From the NCBI GenBank assembly GCA_043750125.1, contig JAYVCD010000422.1, positions 1 to 33,043 of the forward strand: 33,043 bases of DNA, in the 5' to 3' direction. Each line of letters begins with the position of its first letter. Position 1 is the first letter of the stretch. The DNA comes from Archangiaceae bacterium (GTDB taxonomy: Bacteria > Myxococcota > Myxococcia > Myxococcales > Myxococcaceae). The notes below the pieces were generated by a model, which made no database searches, was not told where the DNA came from, and was given only the letters and a program-made list of their open reading frames with translations. Position numbers and translations under genes: made by a program. Shown one piece after another: positions 17,231 to 26,266 of the stretch.

Positions 17231-17707
17231 ATGAACTTTCGACCCGTGCTGCTCTGCTTGGGAATGGTGTGTCTGGCGAAGGCCCACGCGGGGGAGCCCA
17301 GGCCGAAGGCCTCCGAGCCGGTCGAAGGAACGGACAAGGTCCTTCCGACTCCGGACTACCTGCCTCCGCTGGCCCGCGCGGTCCTCCACAAGGCGATGCA
17401 GCGTCACGGGCGCGACCAGTCTCGCCTCGTGCTGGCGGTCACGTTGCTCCAGCGCAATCTGGTGAAGAGCATCGCCTCGGAAATCGCGGCCGAGCCCCGG
17501 CTGGTGCGGCCGTTGGGTGAGGGCCGAGACGAGCTCAACTCAGCGTTGCCCGAGCGCTTCTTCGTGCTCCAGGACTCGCTGCGGCTGCGGGCCAAAGAGC
17601 TGGCCCAGGCGGCCGAGAAGAAGGACGACGTGGGGTTGGCCCGGACCTTCGGGCAGCTGGTCGAGACGTGCGTCAGCTGCCACTCGGCCTACCTCGACCA
17701 ACCCTGA
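17231..17707 (+). CDS. Class II (c'-like, four-helix) cytochrome c
   Basis: Signal peptide ending AHA, helical body, single C-terminal CVSCH. Confidence 0.82.
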   Translation: MNFRPVLLCLGMVCLAKAHAGEPRPKASEPVEGTDKVLPTPDYLPPLARAVLHKAMQRHGRDQSRLVLAVTLLQRNLVKSIASEIAAEPRLVRPLGEGRDELNSALPERFFVLQDSLRLRAKELAQAAEKKDDVGLARTFGQLVETCVSCHSAYLDQP

Positions 17708-17715
17708 AGAACTCT

Positions 17716-18273
17716 TCAGGACCGGGGCACGAACGCCCGTTCCTTCCACAGCCGGGCCATCAGCAGCGCGGGAATCAAGATGTACCAGATGTTGAACGCG
17801 TACATCTTCAGCATGTTTTCAGCTTTGAAATCGAAGCCGGTGCCGGGGCAAACGCGGTTGAAGAACTCTGCGTCTCCGAACTGCGCGGCCCACAAGAAAA
17901 TCATGCTGCCCTCGAACATCGCGCCCGACCAGATCAGCGCCGGAGTGCGGATCCACGGGTGGCCCTTGTAGAACGCCCACGCCATCAAGAAGTGCAGCGG
18001 AGCGAACACGTAAGAGGCGAAGAAGCAGGCCACCCGCACGAACACCGGAGCGTGCAGCACCAACGGGTCGGTATGCAGCGCGTAGTACTTGTAGATCAGC
18101 CGGCTCATGAACCACGCCGAGTCGGGGCTGGGCGGCCCAATCGCCGGAGTCGAGTCCCCGAACGTCGACGTCAGCCCGAAATAAAAGAGAAAAACCACGA
18201 AGAACCAATCGGCCGGCCGTCGGGAGATGGGCACCAGCGCGGCCGGCGCATTCTGCAGCTCGAATTTGGTCAC
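17716..18273 (-). CDS. EXPERA-domain (TMEM97/EBP-like) four-TM membrane protein
   Basis: Four hydrophobic segments; DWFF, YYALHTDPLV, AFYKGHPWIRTPALIWS, YILIP. Start uncertain (GTG 18273). Confidence 0.75.
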   Translation of the reverse strand: MTKFELQNAPAALVPISRRPADWFFVVFLFYFGLTSTFGDSTPAIGPPSPDSAWFMSRLIYKYYALHTDPLVLHAPVFVRVACFFASYVFAPLHFLMAWAFYKGHPWIRTPALIWSGAMFEGSMIFLWAAQFGDAEFFNRVCPGTGFDFKAENMLKMYAFNIWYILIPALLMARLWKERAFVPRS

Positions 18274-18413
18274 GGGGCGAGGGCAATAACTCGAACGCAA
18301 TATTTGCGTCCACCCTCAACCCGGAAAATACCGGCCTCCACCGCCCCACCATTGCTCACCAGGTAGTTTAAGCCCCGTCCCCGAAACCTTGCAGCCCAGG
18401 GGGGGTTGAAGCA

Positions 18414-18677
18414 GTGACGGTGCATTCAGAAGAGGACGAAGACGCGCGGCTGATGGAACGGGTAGGTGCGGGCGACAAGGCGGCGTTTGCCACCTTGTTC
18501 GACCGTTACCAGGGCCCGGTCGTGCGTTTCGCCTGGCGCTTCGTCGGCAGTCGGGGGCGCGCCGAAGAACTGGCGCAGGAAATCTTCTTCAAGCTGTACC
18601 GCAGCGCGAAGTCGTACCGACCGAGCGCGAAGTTCAAGACGTTCCTCTTCCGCGTCGCAACCAATCACTGCCTCGAC
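18414..18677 (+). pseudogene. ECF sigma-70 factor, region 2 only
   Basis: DARLM...GDKAAFATLFDRY...AEELAQEIFFKLYR...KFKTFLFRVATNHCLD, with no region 4 following. Confidence 0.8.
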
Positions 18678-18952
18678 GTGAGGCGTTTGTCTTTGATTGC
18701 CCTGCTGCTGTGCGGCGGGGCCCACGCGCAAACGGCCGAAGAGCACTTCAACGCCCTGCCCGAAGCCAGGCGAGAAGAGCTGCGCGAGCGGATGCGCACG
18801 TTCAAAACTCTTCCGCCCGAAGAACAGCAGTGAATCCCGAGGAACGCAAAGAGCTTCGCCACCGACTGCGCGGCTACCTGCAGGCCCACCCGGAACAGCG
18901 CGAGCAGCGTCAGGAGATGCGCCAGCGAATGCTGCAGAGGCGCCACCGGTGA
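18678..18952 (+). pseudogene. Secreted helical-repeat protein (DUF3106-like), internally deleted and frameshifted
   Basis: GTG 18678 VRRLSLIALLLCGGAHAQ signal, FNALPEARREELRERMRTFKTLPPEEQQ*, continuing in another frame as NPEERKELRHRLRGYLQAHPEQ...HR*. Confidence 0.65.
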
Positions 18953-19119
18953 GCCTTCTCGCCCTGCTGGTGCTGTTGCTTCACCCCGACGCCGGGGTGC
19001 CACCGCCCGTCAAGCCCGCTCTGGATGATCGCGAAGTGGTGAAGAACCTCGAGCTGCTCGAGTTGCTCGACGAGACCAGCGAGCTCGAGTTGTTGAAGGA
19101 GCTTTCGGTCGAGCGCTGA
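18949..19119 (+). CDS. Small hypothetical protein (56 aa)
   Basis: GTGA overlap; hydrophobic N-terminus followed by DREVVKNLELLELLD. Confidence 0.6.
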   Translation: MSLLALLVLLLHPDAGVPPPVKPALDDREVVKNLELLELLDETSELELLKELSVER

Positions 19120-19135
19120 TAACTTCACGCCCCAC

Positions 19136-19582
19136 ATGCTCATCGTGCGGCGGGTGAAGGTGCAGGACATTCCCAGCCTCGAGCAGTTCGAGGCCGAAAA
19201 CATGAAGCGCTTTCCTGCCCGCGCCGGGTGGATGGAGGCGTACCGCCGGGTGATTGAAAAATCGCTGTCCGAGGAACCCGAAGGAATTCTGGTCGCCGAG
19301 TTCGAAGGGCGCGCCGTGGGGTGTGCGGTCGTTCGCGTTCGCGAGCATCACCCGATCACCGGGGTGAAGTACGGAAAGCTGATGACTCTCACCATCGCGC
19401 ACGGCTGGAAAGGCCAGGGCGTCGACACCCGGCTGTTGCGTGAGTCCGAGGCCTACCTGCGCAGCCGGGGGTGTGAGTCCTTGGCGCTCACCCTGCCCGC
19501 CGACGCGGGCGAAGAGGCCGACCTGTTCAAGGCCTCGGGTTACCGGGTGGTGGGGTGGGAGCTCGAGCGCAGCCTCAAATAG
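19136..19582 (+). CDS. GNAT-family N-acetyltransferase
   Basis: ILVAEFEGRAVG, motif A WKGQGVDTRLL, LFKASGY. Confidence 0.85.
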   Translation: MLIVRRVKVQDIPSLEQFEAENMKRFPARAGWMEAYRRVIEKSLSEEPEGILVAEFEGRAVGCAVVRVREHHPITGVKYGKLMTLTIAHGWKGQGVDTRLLRESEAYLRSRGCESLALTLPADAGEEADLFKASGYRVVGWELERSLK

Positions 19583-19588
19583 GGAAGC

Positions 19589-20140
19589 TCATTCCCCGTT
19601 CAACCGCCGGCCGGGGTCGAAAGAGACGAGCTTGAGCAGGAAGTCGTCGTTGCTCTTCACCGCGACCTTCCCGACGTTCGGGGCCCAGTAGTGGGTCAGC
19701 ACTCCGCCCGAGGGCGAGGTCTCGATTACCGCCAGACACTTCTCGAAGGTTCCCGCCGGGACCTCGACCGTCGCATCGGTCGCCACGACCTCGAACTGCG
19801 AGAGGTCTTTTCCGTTCCGCTCGATCGACGAAGGGCCGGACCACTGCGAGCCCAGGTGCATCGAAGCCGGCAGCAGCACCACTTCGCTGACCCCGCTCAG
19901 CCGCTCGAGCCAGGCGCCTTCTTTCACCCGCCAGCTTCCGCCGGTGCTCCGCTTGCCCCAGGTGAACTGCACCCGGGCCTGCCAGTTCTCGACCGCGCTC
20001 ACCCGAACGCTCACCCGGTCCTTCCCGGCCAGGTAGTTCCACACCGTGCCGCTGCGCACCGCGTAGTAGTCGCCCGCGGGACGCGAGCCTTCGGACAGCG
20101 GAGCTCCAGCCAACAACAACATCGAAAGGAAAGTGATCAT
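19589..20140 (-). CDS. Secreted beta-rich hypothetical protein
   Basis: Signal-like N-terminus; G..WNY, TVEVPAGTFEKC, HYWAPNVGKV motifs; translationally coupled to the upstream gene. Confidence 0.75.
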   Translation of the reverse strand: MITFLSMLLLAGAPLSEGSRPAGDYYAVRSGTVWNYLAGKDRVSVRVSAVENWQARVQFTWGKRSTGGSWRVKEGAWLERLSGVSEVVLLPASMHLGSQWSGPSSIERNGKDLSQFEVVATDATVEVPAGTFEKCLAVIETSPSGGVLTHYWAPNVGKVAVKSNDDFLLKLVSFDPGRRLNGE

Positions 20141-21129
20141 CAGGGAAGGCGCAGCCGGACGCCGATTGAGAGCTCGAAGCGATCCACGTTGTTGAACAGC
20201 GCGGGATCAATGAAATGGCGCCCGCCCATCGCGACAAAGAGTCCGAGAAAACGAAAGGCGTGCCACTCCACTCCGCCGCTGGCGCCCACCCCCACCGCCA
20301 CCGAGCCGCCGAAGATCATCGGCAGCTCTCCTTCGACGAACGCCGAAAGTCTGGGAAGCACCGGGACCACCAGGCCGGCGCGGACTGTGGCTCCGAAGTT
20401 CGGCTCGGTCGAGTCACAGCAGTGCGCCAACCGCAGGTGCAGCCCGGCCCGGAAGTACTTCAGCTCGATGCCTCCCCCAATCTCCATCACTCCGTAGATG
20501 CCACCGCCCGTCTCGAGCTGGCCGCGGACCTCGGCAAACGGGTGGACGTTGATTCCAGGCTTTTCGGTCGGCTCGACCGGCTCGGGGCTCAGGCTCGCGG
20601 CCCCCTGCACCATCACCAGCCAGGTGTCGCGTCGCGACCGACTGAGGACGTCGCTCGAGACGGGGGCCGTTCCGGGCCACCGGGCTTCCACCTTGTGGCG
20701 ACCGATGGGGGTGTGCAGATCCACCGGGGTGGAGCCCATTTCCTTTCCGTCGAGCCAGACGATCGCCCCCGGGGGCGTCGAGCGCACCGCCACCACGCCC
20801 TTGGTCCGCGCGCGCAACCCATCGAGCACCCGCACCACCGACGGGTCGACCCGGGCGGGATCCAAAGACGCCTCGGGGTTCGCCTCGAGCGCGAGCCCAA
20901 ATGCTTCTTCTGCCCGGGCGAAGTCCTGCTGGGCCGCAAAGCATTGAGCGCGCAGCAGCTGCACCTTCTCGAGCTCCGAGCCCTCGAGCGCCGCGAGGTC
21001 CAGGGCCTTGATCGCGGCGCTGTAGTCCCCTTCAGAAAAGGCTTTTTGCCCCTGCTCGAGCTTCGTGCCCCGGGCAGGAACGGCCGCCAGAAGGCACAGA
21101 CACAGGGGTCCAACGAGGGCGAACGTCAT
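20140..21129 (-). CDS. TPR + PEGA domain protein with C-terminal outer-membrane beta-barrel-like region
   Basis: Signal peptide, TPR helices, VRSTPPGAIVWLDGKEMGSTP PEGA, amphipathic strands ending FELSIGVRLRLP. Confidence 0.8.
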   Translation of the reverse strand: MTFALVGPLCLCLLAAVPARGTKLEQGQKAFSEGDYSAAIKALDLAALEGSELEKVQLLRAQCFAAQQDFARAEEAFGLALEANPEASLDPARVDPSVVRVLDGLRARTKGVVAVRSTPPGAIVWLDGKEMGSTPVDLHTPIGRHKVEARWPGTAPVSSDVLSRSRRDTWLVMVQGAASLSPEPVEPTEKPGINVHPFAEVRGQLETGGGIYGVMEIGGGIELKYFRAGLHLRLAHCCDSTEPNFGATVRAGLVVPVLPRLSAFVEGELPMIFGGSVAVGVGASGGVEWHAFRFLGLFVAMGGRHFIDPALFNNVDRFELSIGVRLRLP

Positions 21130-22619
21130 TGGGTGAGGTCGATTCGAACCACCGCCGGCTTACCCGAGGCAACCCTTATTTCGCGCGACTGGGTTTTGAA
21201 GCCGGGCCGCTCGACCCGCACCTGGTACTTGCCCGTGGGCAACTCGAGCAACAGCGGAGTGCGGCCTCTGGAGACTCCGTCGATCAACACCTGCGCCCAA
21301 TACGGTTCCCCGGCATGGGTGGTGATGACGTTCAGCTTGCCTCGCTTCAACGGACTTTTGACCCAGGGGTGCCGGGTTTCGTCGGGTCCGACTGCGACCG
21401 ATTCGACCGAGACTTCATCGAGGCCGGGGTCGGCGATCGCCACCGGTGCCACGCTCTCTTCAGCAAGGCCGGCATCGACGTCCACCGAAGAGGCGACGCT
21501 CACCAGCGCGGGGGCGGGATCCGCGACGACCGATTCCCAGGGCCGGGTGACGCCGAGGGCGAGCAGCCCCAGCGCTGCGAAGGCCAGCGCGAAGGTTCGA
21601 CCCCGTCGGGTCGGCGCCGAGGGGGAATGGGCGGCCCGCTGCTGAAGAGCAATCGGCACCGCCGGGACGGCCGACGCGGCTTCGAGGGCGGCGAGCAGCT
21701 GGGCGGCCGAAGAAAACCGTTCCCCGGCGCGCTTGGCCAACGCCTGCTTCATCACTGCGGCGATCGGCCTGGAAATCCAGGGCGCGCGGTCGACCAGGTC
21801 CGGGGGCGGGTCATGCGCCTGCATCTGAATCAGCCGCAGCTCCGAATCGGCCTCGAACGGGAGCGTTCCGGTGAGGCACTCGAAGAGGACGACCGCGAGC
21901 GCATAGAGGTCGACGCGGTGATCGAGGTCCTTGTTGCCCAGGGCCTGCTCGGGCGCCATATAGTGCGGAGTCCCCATCACCACCCCGGTGCGGGTCAGCG
22001 ACTCGTGGCTGTGCAGCGAGCGAAGAATTCCAAAGTCGAGAATCGTCGCGTGGCCCTCGGGCCCGACGAAGATGTTCCCCGCCTTCACATCGCGGTGAAT
22101 GAAGCCACGCCCATGAATGTAGTCGAGCCCGGCCGCCAGCTGGCGCAGCAGCTTCAGCGTCTCGTCGGGGCTCAGGCCCCCCTTTTGTCGCAGCAGCCCG
22201 GCCAGGGTGTCGCCCTCGAGCTTCTTCATCACGATGAACGGGCGATCTTCAGTCCTGCCCACGTCGTAGATGGGCACGATGTTCGGGTGGTCGAGCTTCG
22301 CGGTCAGCCGGGCTTCGCGCTCGAAGCGCTCGACCACTTCCGCGTCGCCGACCAGGTTCTTCGCCAGCAGCTTGACCGCCACCTTGCGGTCGAGCTCGAG
22401 GTCGGTCGCCAGGTAGACCGAGCCCATTCCGCCTTCGCCGATTTTCTGTTCCAGCTGGTAGCGCCCGGACAGCACGTCGTTGATCCGGATTCCGGCGACC
22501 GTTTTCTCGTTTCCGTCATCGAGCCGCTTCGGTTCTCTGATTCTTCCGCTCAGGGCCGTGCCCGGCCCCGACGGGCGAGGTGCGGGCACGTCGTCTTTTT
22601 GGGGGGGGCTGTTGCTCAA
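21126..22619 (-). CDS. Hanks-type Ser/Thr kinase with TM helix and PEGA domain
   Basis: GEGGMG, VAVK, HRDVKAGN, DFG, GTPHYMAPE; TM segment FALAFAALGLLALGV; PEGA VLIDGVSRGRTPL. Confidence 0.93.
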   Translation of the reverse strand: MSNSPPQKDDVPAPRPSGPGTALSGRIREPKRLDDGNEKTVAGIRINDVLSGRYQLEQKIGEGGMGSVYLATDLELDRKVAVKLLAKNLVGDAEVVERFEREARLTAKLDHPNIVPIYDVGRTEDRPFIVMKKLEGDTLAGLLRQKGGLSPDETLKLLRQLAAGLDYIHGRGFIHRDVKAGNIFVGPEGHATILDFGILRSLHSHESLTRTGVVMGTPHYMAPEQALGNKDLDHRVDLYALAVVLFECLTGTLPFEADSELRLIQMQAHDPPPDLVDRAPWISRPIAAVMKQALAKRAGERFSSAAQLLAALEAASAVPAVPIALQQRAAHSPSAPTRRGRTFALAFAALGLLALGVTRPWESVVADPAPALVSVASSVDVDAGLAEESVAPVAIADPGLDEVSVESVAVGPDETRHPWVKSPLKRGKLNVITTHAGEPYWAQVLIDGVSRGRTPLLLELPTGKYQVRVERPGFKTQSREIRVASGKPAVVRIDLTQ

Positions 22620-22664
22620 GAGGCTCGAACTTTAACAGGCGCTTGGGCTTAACTTGAGTTTCCG

Positions 22665-23609
22665 GTGAGTACGACTCCTTCCACGTCAGCCCGTACGGTC
22701 GAAGTACCTTCCCGGCGCTTCGGGAAGTACCTCATTCGCTCACGCCTGGGAGCGGGAGGAATGGCCGAGGTCTTCCTCGCCGAGGCGATCGATGAGAATG
22801 GCGAAAACCTCAACGTCGCGCTGAAGCTGATGCGGGTAGGAATGAGCGAGTCGACGTTCCACGACGAGGCCGACCTGATGGGGCTGCTCTCTCACCCCAA
22901 CCTGGTGCAGAAGCTCGAGGTGGGCGAAGCGTTCTCCAGGCCCTACATCGCGCTCGAGTTCCTGATTGGCGGAGACCTGCGCTCGGTCATGGACTCGCAC
23001 CGCCAGCAGATGAAGGGGTTCCCGACCGCGATGGGGGTGCACGTCACCCTCGAGGTGCTTCGTGCGCTGGCCTATTTCCATCAGGCCCGGACCCGCTCGG
23101 GGGCTCCGTTGAACCTGATCCACTCGGACGTGAACCCGGCCAACGTCTTTTTTTCGGGGACCGGCGAGGTGAAGCTCGGAGACTTTGGAGTGGCCACGTC
23201 CAGCCGCGCCAACATCGGCCCCGGAGACGGCGTCACCGCCGGAAAGCTTTCCTACCTTTCGCCCGAGCAGACGCGGGGCGAGAAGCTCACCCCCGCCTCT
23301 GACCTCTGGTCGGTGGGAGTGATGCTCCACGAGCTCGCGGTCGGGTACCACCCGTTCCTCAAAGAGGGCGCCGACGAGCCGATGGTGATGGCGGCCATTC
23401 GCGCCGGCAAGCTGGCCATTCCGGACTACGTCGACAAGCCGTTGGTGGCGGTGCTGCAAAAGGCGCTGGCGCCCGAGGTGAAGCTGCGCTTTCGCACCGC
23501 GGGAGAGTTCGCCGGCCCGCTGTTCGCCTACGCGCTCGACAACAATCTCAACCAGCCGAACAAGGCGGTGCAGGAATGGCTGGAAAGCGTGCTCGGGTTG
23601 CTGGTCTAG
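22665..23609 (+). CDS. Cytoplasmic Ser/Thr kinase (kinase domain only)
   Basis: GAGGMAEV, VALK, HSDVNPAN, DFG, GKLSYLSPE, DLWSVG. Confidence 0.92.
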   Translation: MSTTPSTSARTVEVPSRRFGKYLIRSRLGAGGMAEVFLAEAIDENGENLNVALKLMRVGMSESTFHDEADLMGLLSHPNLVQKLEVGEAFSRPYIALEFLIGGDLRSVMDSHRQQMKGFPTAMGVHVTLEVLRALAYFHQARTRSGAPLNLIHSDVNPANVFFSGTGEVKLGDFGVATSSRANIGPGDGVTAGKLSYLSPEQTRGEKLTPASDLWSVGVMLHELAVGYHPFLKEGADEPMVMAAIRAGKLAIPDYVDKPLVAVLQKALAPEVKLRFRTAGEFAGPLFAYALDNNLNQPNKAVQEWLESVLGLLV

Positions 23610-23632
23610 CCGACGGCCGAAGCGTTTTCCGG

Positions 23633-23713
23633 CAGGGAGAACGTGCATTCGAAGACGGTCGAGTGGTGACCCACGCACAGGCCCGCCGCCGGATGTCGCG
23701 TCGGCTCAAATAG
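23633..23713 (+). pseudogene. C-terminal remnant of a Phd/YefM-type antitoxin
   Basis: QGERAFEDGRVVTHAQARRRMSRRLK*, no start, overlapping the toxin remnant. Confidence 0.6.
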
Positions 23714-23980
23714 TCTGGACCGAGCCTGCGCTCAGCGATCTGGAAGCGATCGCCGACCACATCGGGCTCGACAAGCCATCTGCCGCGCGAGCACTGGTTG
23801 TGCGCGTCTTCGACCCCGTGGCCCAACTGGCCGAGCATCCCAGGTCGGGGTCTCGGCCACGCGAGCTGCGCGGTTCCCGCTACCTGCAAAATCATCGAGC
23901 GGCCTTCCAGCGTGTTCTCTGCACGTGATGCGAAGCGAACAGCTGCTGAAACGTTCGAGCTTGAGCCGCACCAAGGGTGA
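23701..23980 (+). pseudogene. RelE/ParE-family toxin pseudogene
   Basis: AQIVWTEPALSDLEAIADHIGLDKPSAARALVVRVFDPVAQLAEHPRSGSRPRELRGSRY, then frameshift/deletion, then LHVMRSEQLLKR...*. The start-codon position reads TCG. Confidence 0.75.
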
Positions 23981-24193
23981 GTGACGCTCGTTGCCGGCCG
24001 AGTACTGTCCCCGCCAGGGGCGCGAGAGCCGGAAGGTGACCGGGCCGTAGCGGCCCGCTTTTCGAACGAGAGTCGAAAACGCCTGAGGTCAGCGAGGAAC
24101 GACGTGGCTGCGCCATACCGAGAAGTACTTCGGAACCGATTCGGCACTGATGGCCACTATTGGTCCAGCTTTCTGGATTACCCTCCGCCATCA

Positions 24194-24547
24194 ATGGCGC
24201 CATCCCAAATGCGCGGTGCTCTCCGCGTCAAGGAATCGCAGTCTTTCGTAGAGCTCGAGCAGCGCAGACGACCGCGCGATGCGCGCGCGAAAAAGCTGAT
24301 TTCAGCCATCCATCGTGCGGAGCTCGAGCGCGCACGCGCCACCATCGAGGTGGGGCTGTCCCTGGGCGCCCTGATCGAGGAGAAGCTGTACGCAAATCTG
24401 GGGCATCCAACCTTCCGAAGCCTTCTTGCAGAGCTGGGGATCGGGAGATCCCAGGCCTACAAGCTCATTGCGCTCGCTGAGCGATCCTCCGCAGGCCGGA
24501 TCGCGAAGCTCGGCGTGGAGGCCGCTTATGCGGAGGCGATGCGATGA
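24194..24547 (+). CDS. Hypothetical helical/HTH protein (DUF3102-like)
   Basis: IEVGLSL...LYANLGHPTFRSLL.ELGIGRSQAYKLI pattern. Start uncertain (ATG 24194 or 24209). Confidence 0.55.
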   Translation: MAPSQMRGALRVKESQSFVELEQRRRPRDARAKKLISAIHRAELERARATIEVGLSLGALIEEKLYANLGHPTFRSLLAELGIGRSQAYKLIALAERSSAGRIAKLGVEAAYAEAMR

Positions 24548-24550
24548 GCG

Positions 24551-26209
24551 TCAAACCCGCAACATCGACAGCGCGTCGTCGGCCACTTCCGAAAACAAGG
24601 TCCGCTCGGCCTTCAGCAGCAGCGCGTCGATCCCGACCGACTCGGCGGCGCTGATCGCCACCCCGCCGCGGCTGCTGACCAATTCCGTAGCCTCTTCCTT
24701 CGAGAGCCGATCGATTTTGTTCCACACCAGCAGCCGGGGACGATCAGCCAGATGCAGCTGGCCGAGAATCTTCTCGACCGATTCGATCTGTTGATCGCGC
24801 GCAGGGTCCGAAGCGTCGATCACGTGCAGCAGCAGCGCCGCGTCGTCGAGCTCTTCGAGCGTGGCCCGAAAAGCAGTCACCAGGTCTTTGGGCAGATCGC
24901 GAATGAAGCCCACGGTGTCGGTGATGATCACCTCGTGCTCGCGCGGGAAGCGAAGCCTTCGGCTGGTCGGGTCGAGGGTCGCGAACAGCTTGTCTTCCAC
25001 CAGCACTTCCGATCGGGTCAAGACATTGAGCAGCGTCGACTTTCCCGCGTTGGTGTAGCCGACGATCGAGACCACCGGCAGCTCGTTGCGCTCGCGAGAT
25101 CTGCGGCGGGTGTGGCGGCTGACCGAGAGCTGGTCGATGCGTTTTTCGAGCTGGCTGATCCGCTCGCGCACCCGACGGCGGTCGATCTCGAGCTTGGTCT
25201 CGCCCGGGCCCCGGCCTCCGATTCCACCGGCCAGGCGCGACAGTGAGTCGTCCGACTGGACCAGGCGGGGCATCAGGTACTTCAGCTGCGCCAGCTCGAC
25301 CTGCAGCTTCCCGTCGGCGCTCTGCGCACGCTGGGCAAAGATGTCGAGGATCAGCTGGGTGCGATCGAGCACCTTGAGGCTGGTCGCTTCGTTGATTCCC
25401 CGCGCCTGCGACGGGTTCAGCTCTTTGTCGAAGATCAACAGGTCGGCGCCCATCTGCATCGACTTGAGGTTGAGCTCATCGAGCTTGCCGCGGCCGATGA
25501 GGTACTTCGGGTCGACCTGCTTGCGCATCTGCAGCACCTCGTCGACCACCTCGACCCCGGCGGTACGGGCCAGCTCTTTGAGCTCGACCAGCGAGGCTTC
25601 GGTGTGGGCCCGCTTTCCATCGAGGCAGACTCCGACCAACACCGCGCGCTCGCGGTCCCCGACTTTTCGGGCCCGGGTCGTCAGCGCCAACTCGTCTTCC
25701 AGCGCCACCACCACCGCTCCGAAGTCCGGTTGTCCCTCGTGCACGCTGAGCAGGCTTTCCATTCGCCACAGCGCGGCGGCGGCGTTCTGCGGCAGCAGGT
25801 GCGCGAAGTGGAGCACCCCCGGCAGCCCGTCTTCTTTGACCCCAATCGCGGCGATCATGTCCAGCCGCAGCAGGGCCAAGTCGGTGAGGTCGTCCTTGGT
25901 GAGCGCTTCGGACTTGAGGTGGGTGTGAACGAAGCGCAGGCCGCGCAGACGCACCTGCCCGGCGCGCGCCCGACCGATGTCCGGAAGGTCCAACTTGTGC
26001 GCATTGCCGACCACCACGTGCTCGATTTCACCTTTGCGCGAAATCAGGACCCCGACCTGGCGGTGGGTCTGGGCCGAGAACTCGCAGAGGTGTCGGGCCA
26101 GCTCGGGGCTGACGATTTCGTGCACCGACACCCGGCGCTTCCAGGTGTTCTTCAGATGTTTGAGCTCTGAAGGCTTGAGCCCGAAGGTGTTTCCGAAAGG
26201 TTCGTTCAC
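24551..26209 (-). CDS. hflX: GTPase HflX (long form with N-terminal extension)
   Basis: DRTQLILDIFAQRA, LQVELAQL, GGRGPGETKLE, GYTNAGKST, LFATLDPT, DTVGFI, NKID. Confidence 0.96.
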   Translation of the reverse strand: MNEPFGNTFGLKPSELKHLKNTWKRRVSVHEIVSPELARHLCEFSAQTHRQVGVLISRKGEIEHVVVGNAHKLDLPDIGRARAGQVRLRGLRFVHTHLKSEALTKDDLTDLALLRLDMIAAIGVKEDGLPGVLHFAHLLPQNAAAALWRMESLLSVHEGQPDFGAVVVALEDELALTTRARKVGDRERAVLVGVCLDGKRAHTEASLVELKELARTAGVEVVDEVLQMRKQVDPKYLIGRGKLDELNLKSMQMGADLLIFDKELNPSQARGINEATSLKVLDRTQLILDIFAQRAQSADGKLQVELAQLKYLMPRLVQSDDSLSRLAGGIGGRGPGETKLEIDRRRVRERISQLEKRIDQLSVSRHTRRRSRERNELPVVSIVGYTNAGKSTLLNVLTRSEVLVEDKLFATLDPTSRRLRFPREHEVIITDTVGFIRDLPKDLVTAFRATLEELDDAALLLHVIDASDPARDQQIESVEKILGQLHLADRPRLLVWNKIDRLSKEEATELVSSRGGVAISAAESVGIDALLLKAERTLFSEVADDALSMLRV

Positions 26210-26266
26210 GTCGTCCTCGCCCCACCCGTATGTCCCCCATCAAGAGGATGCACGGTTCGGCGCCTG

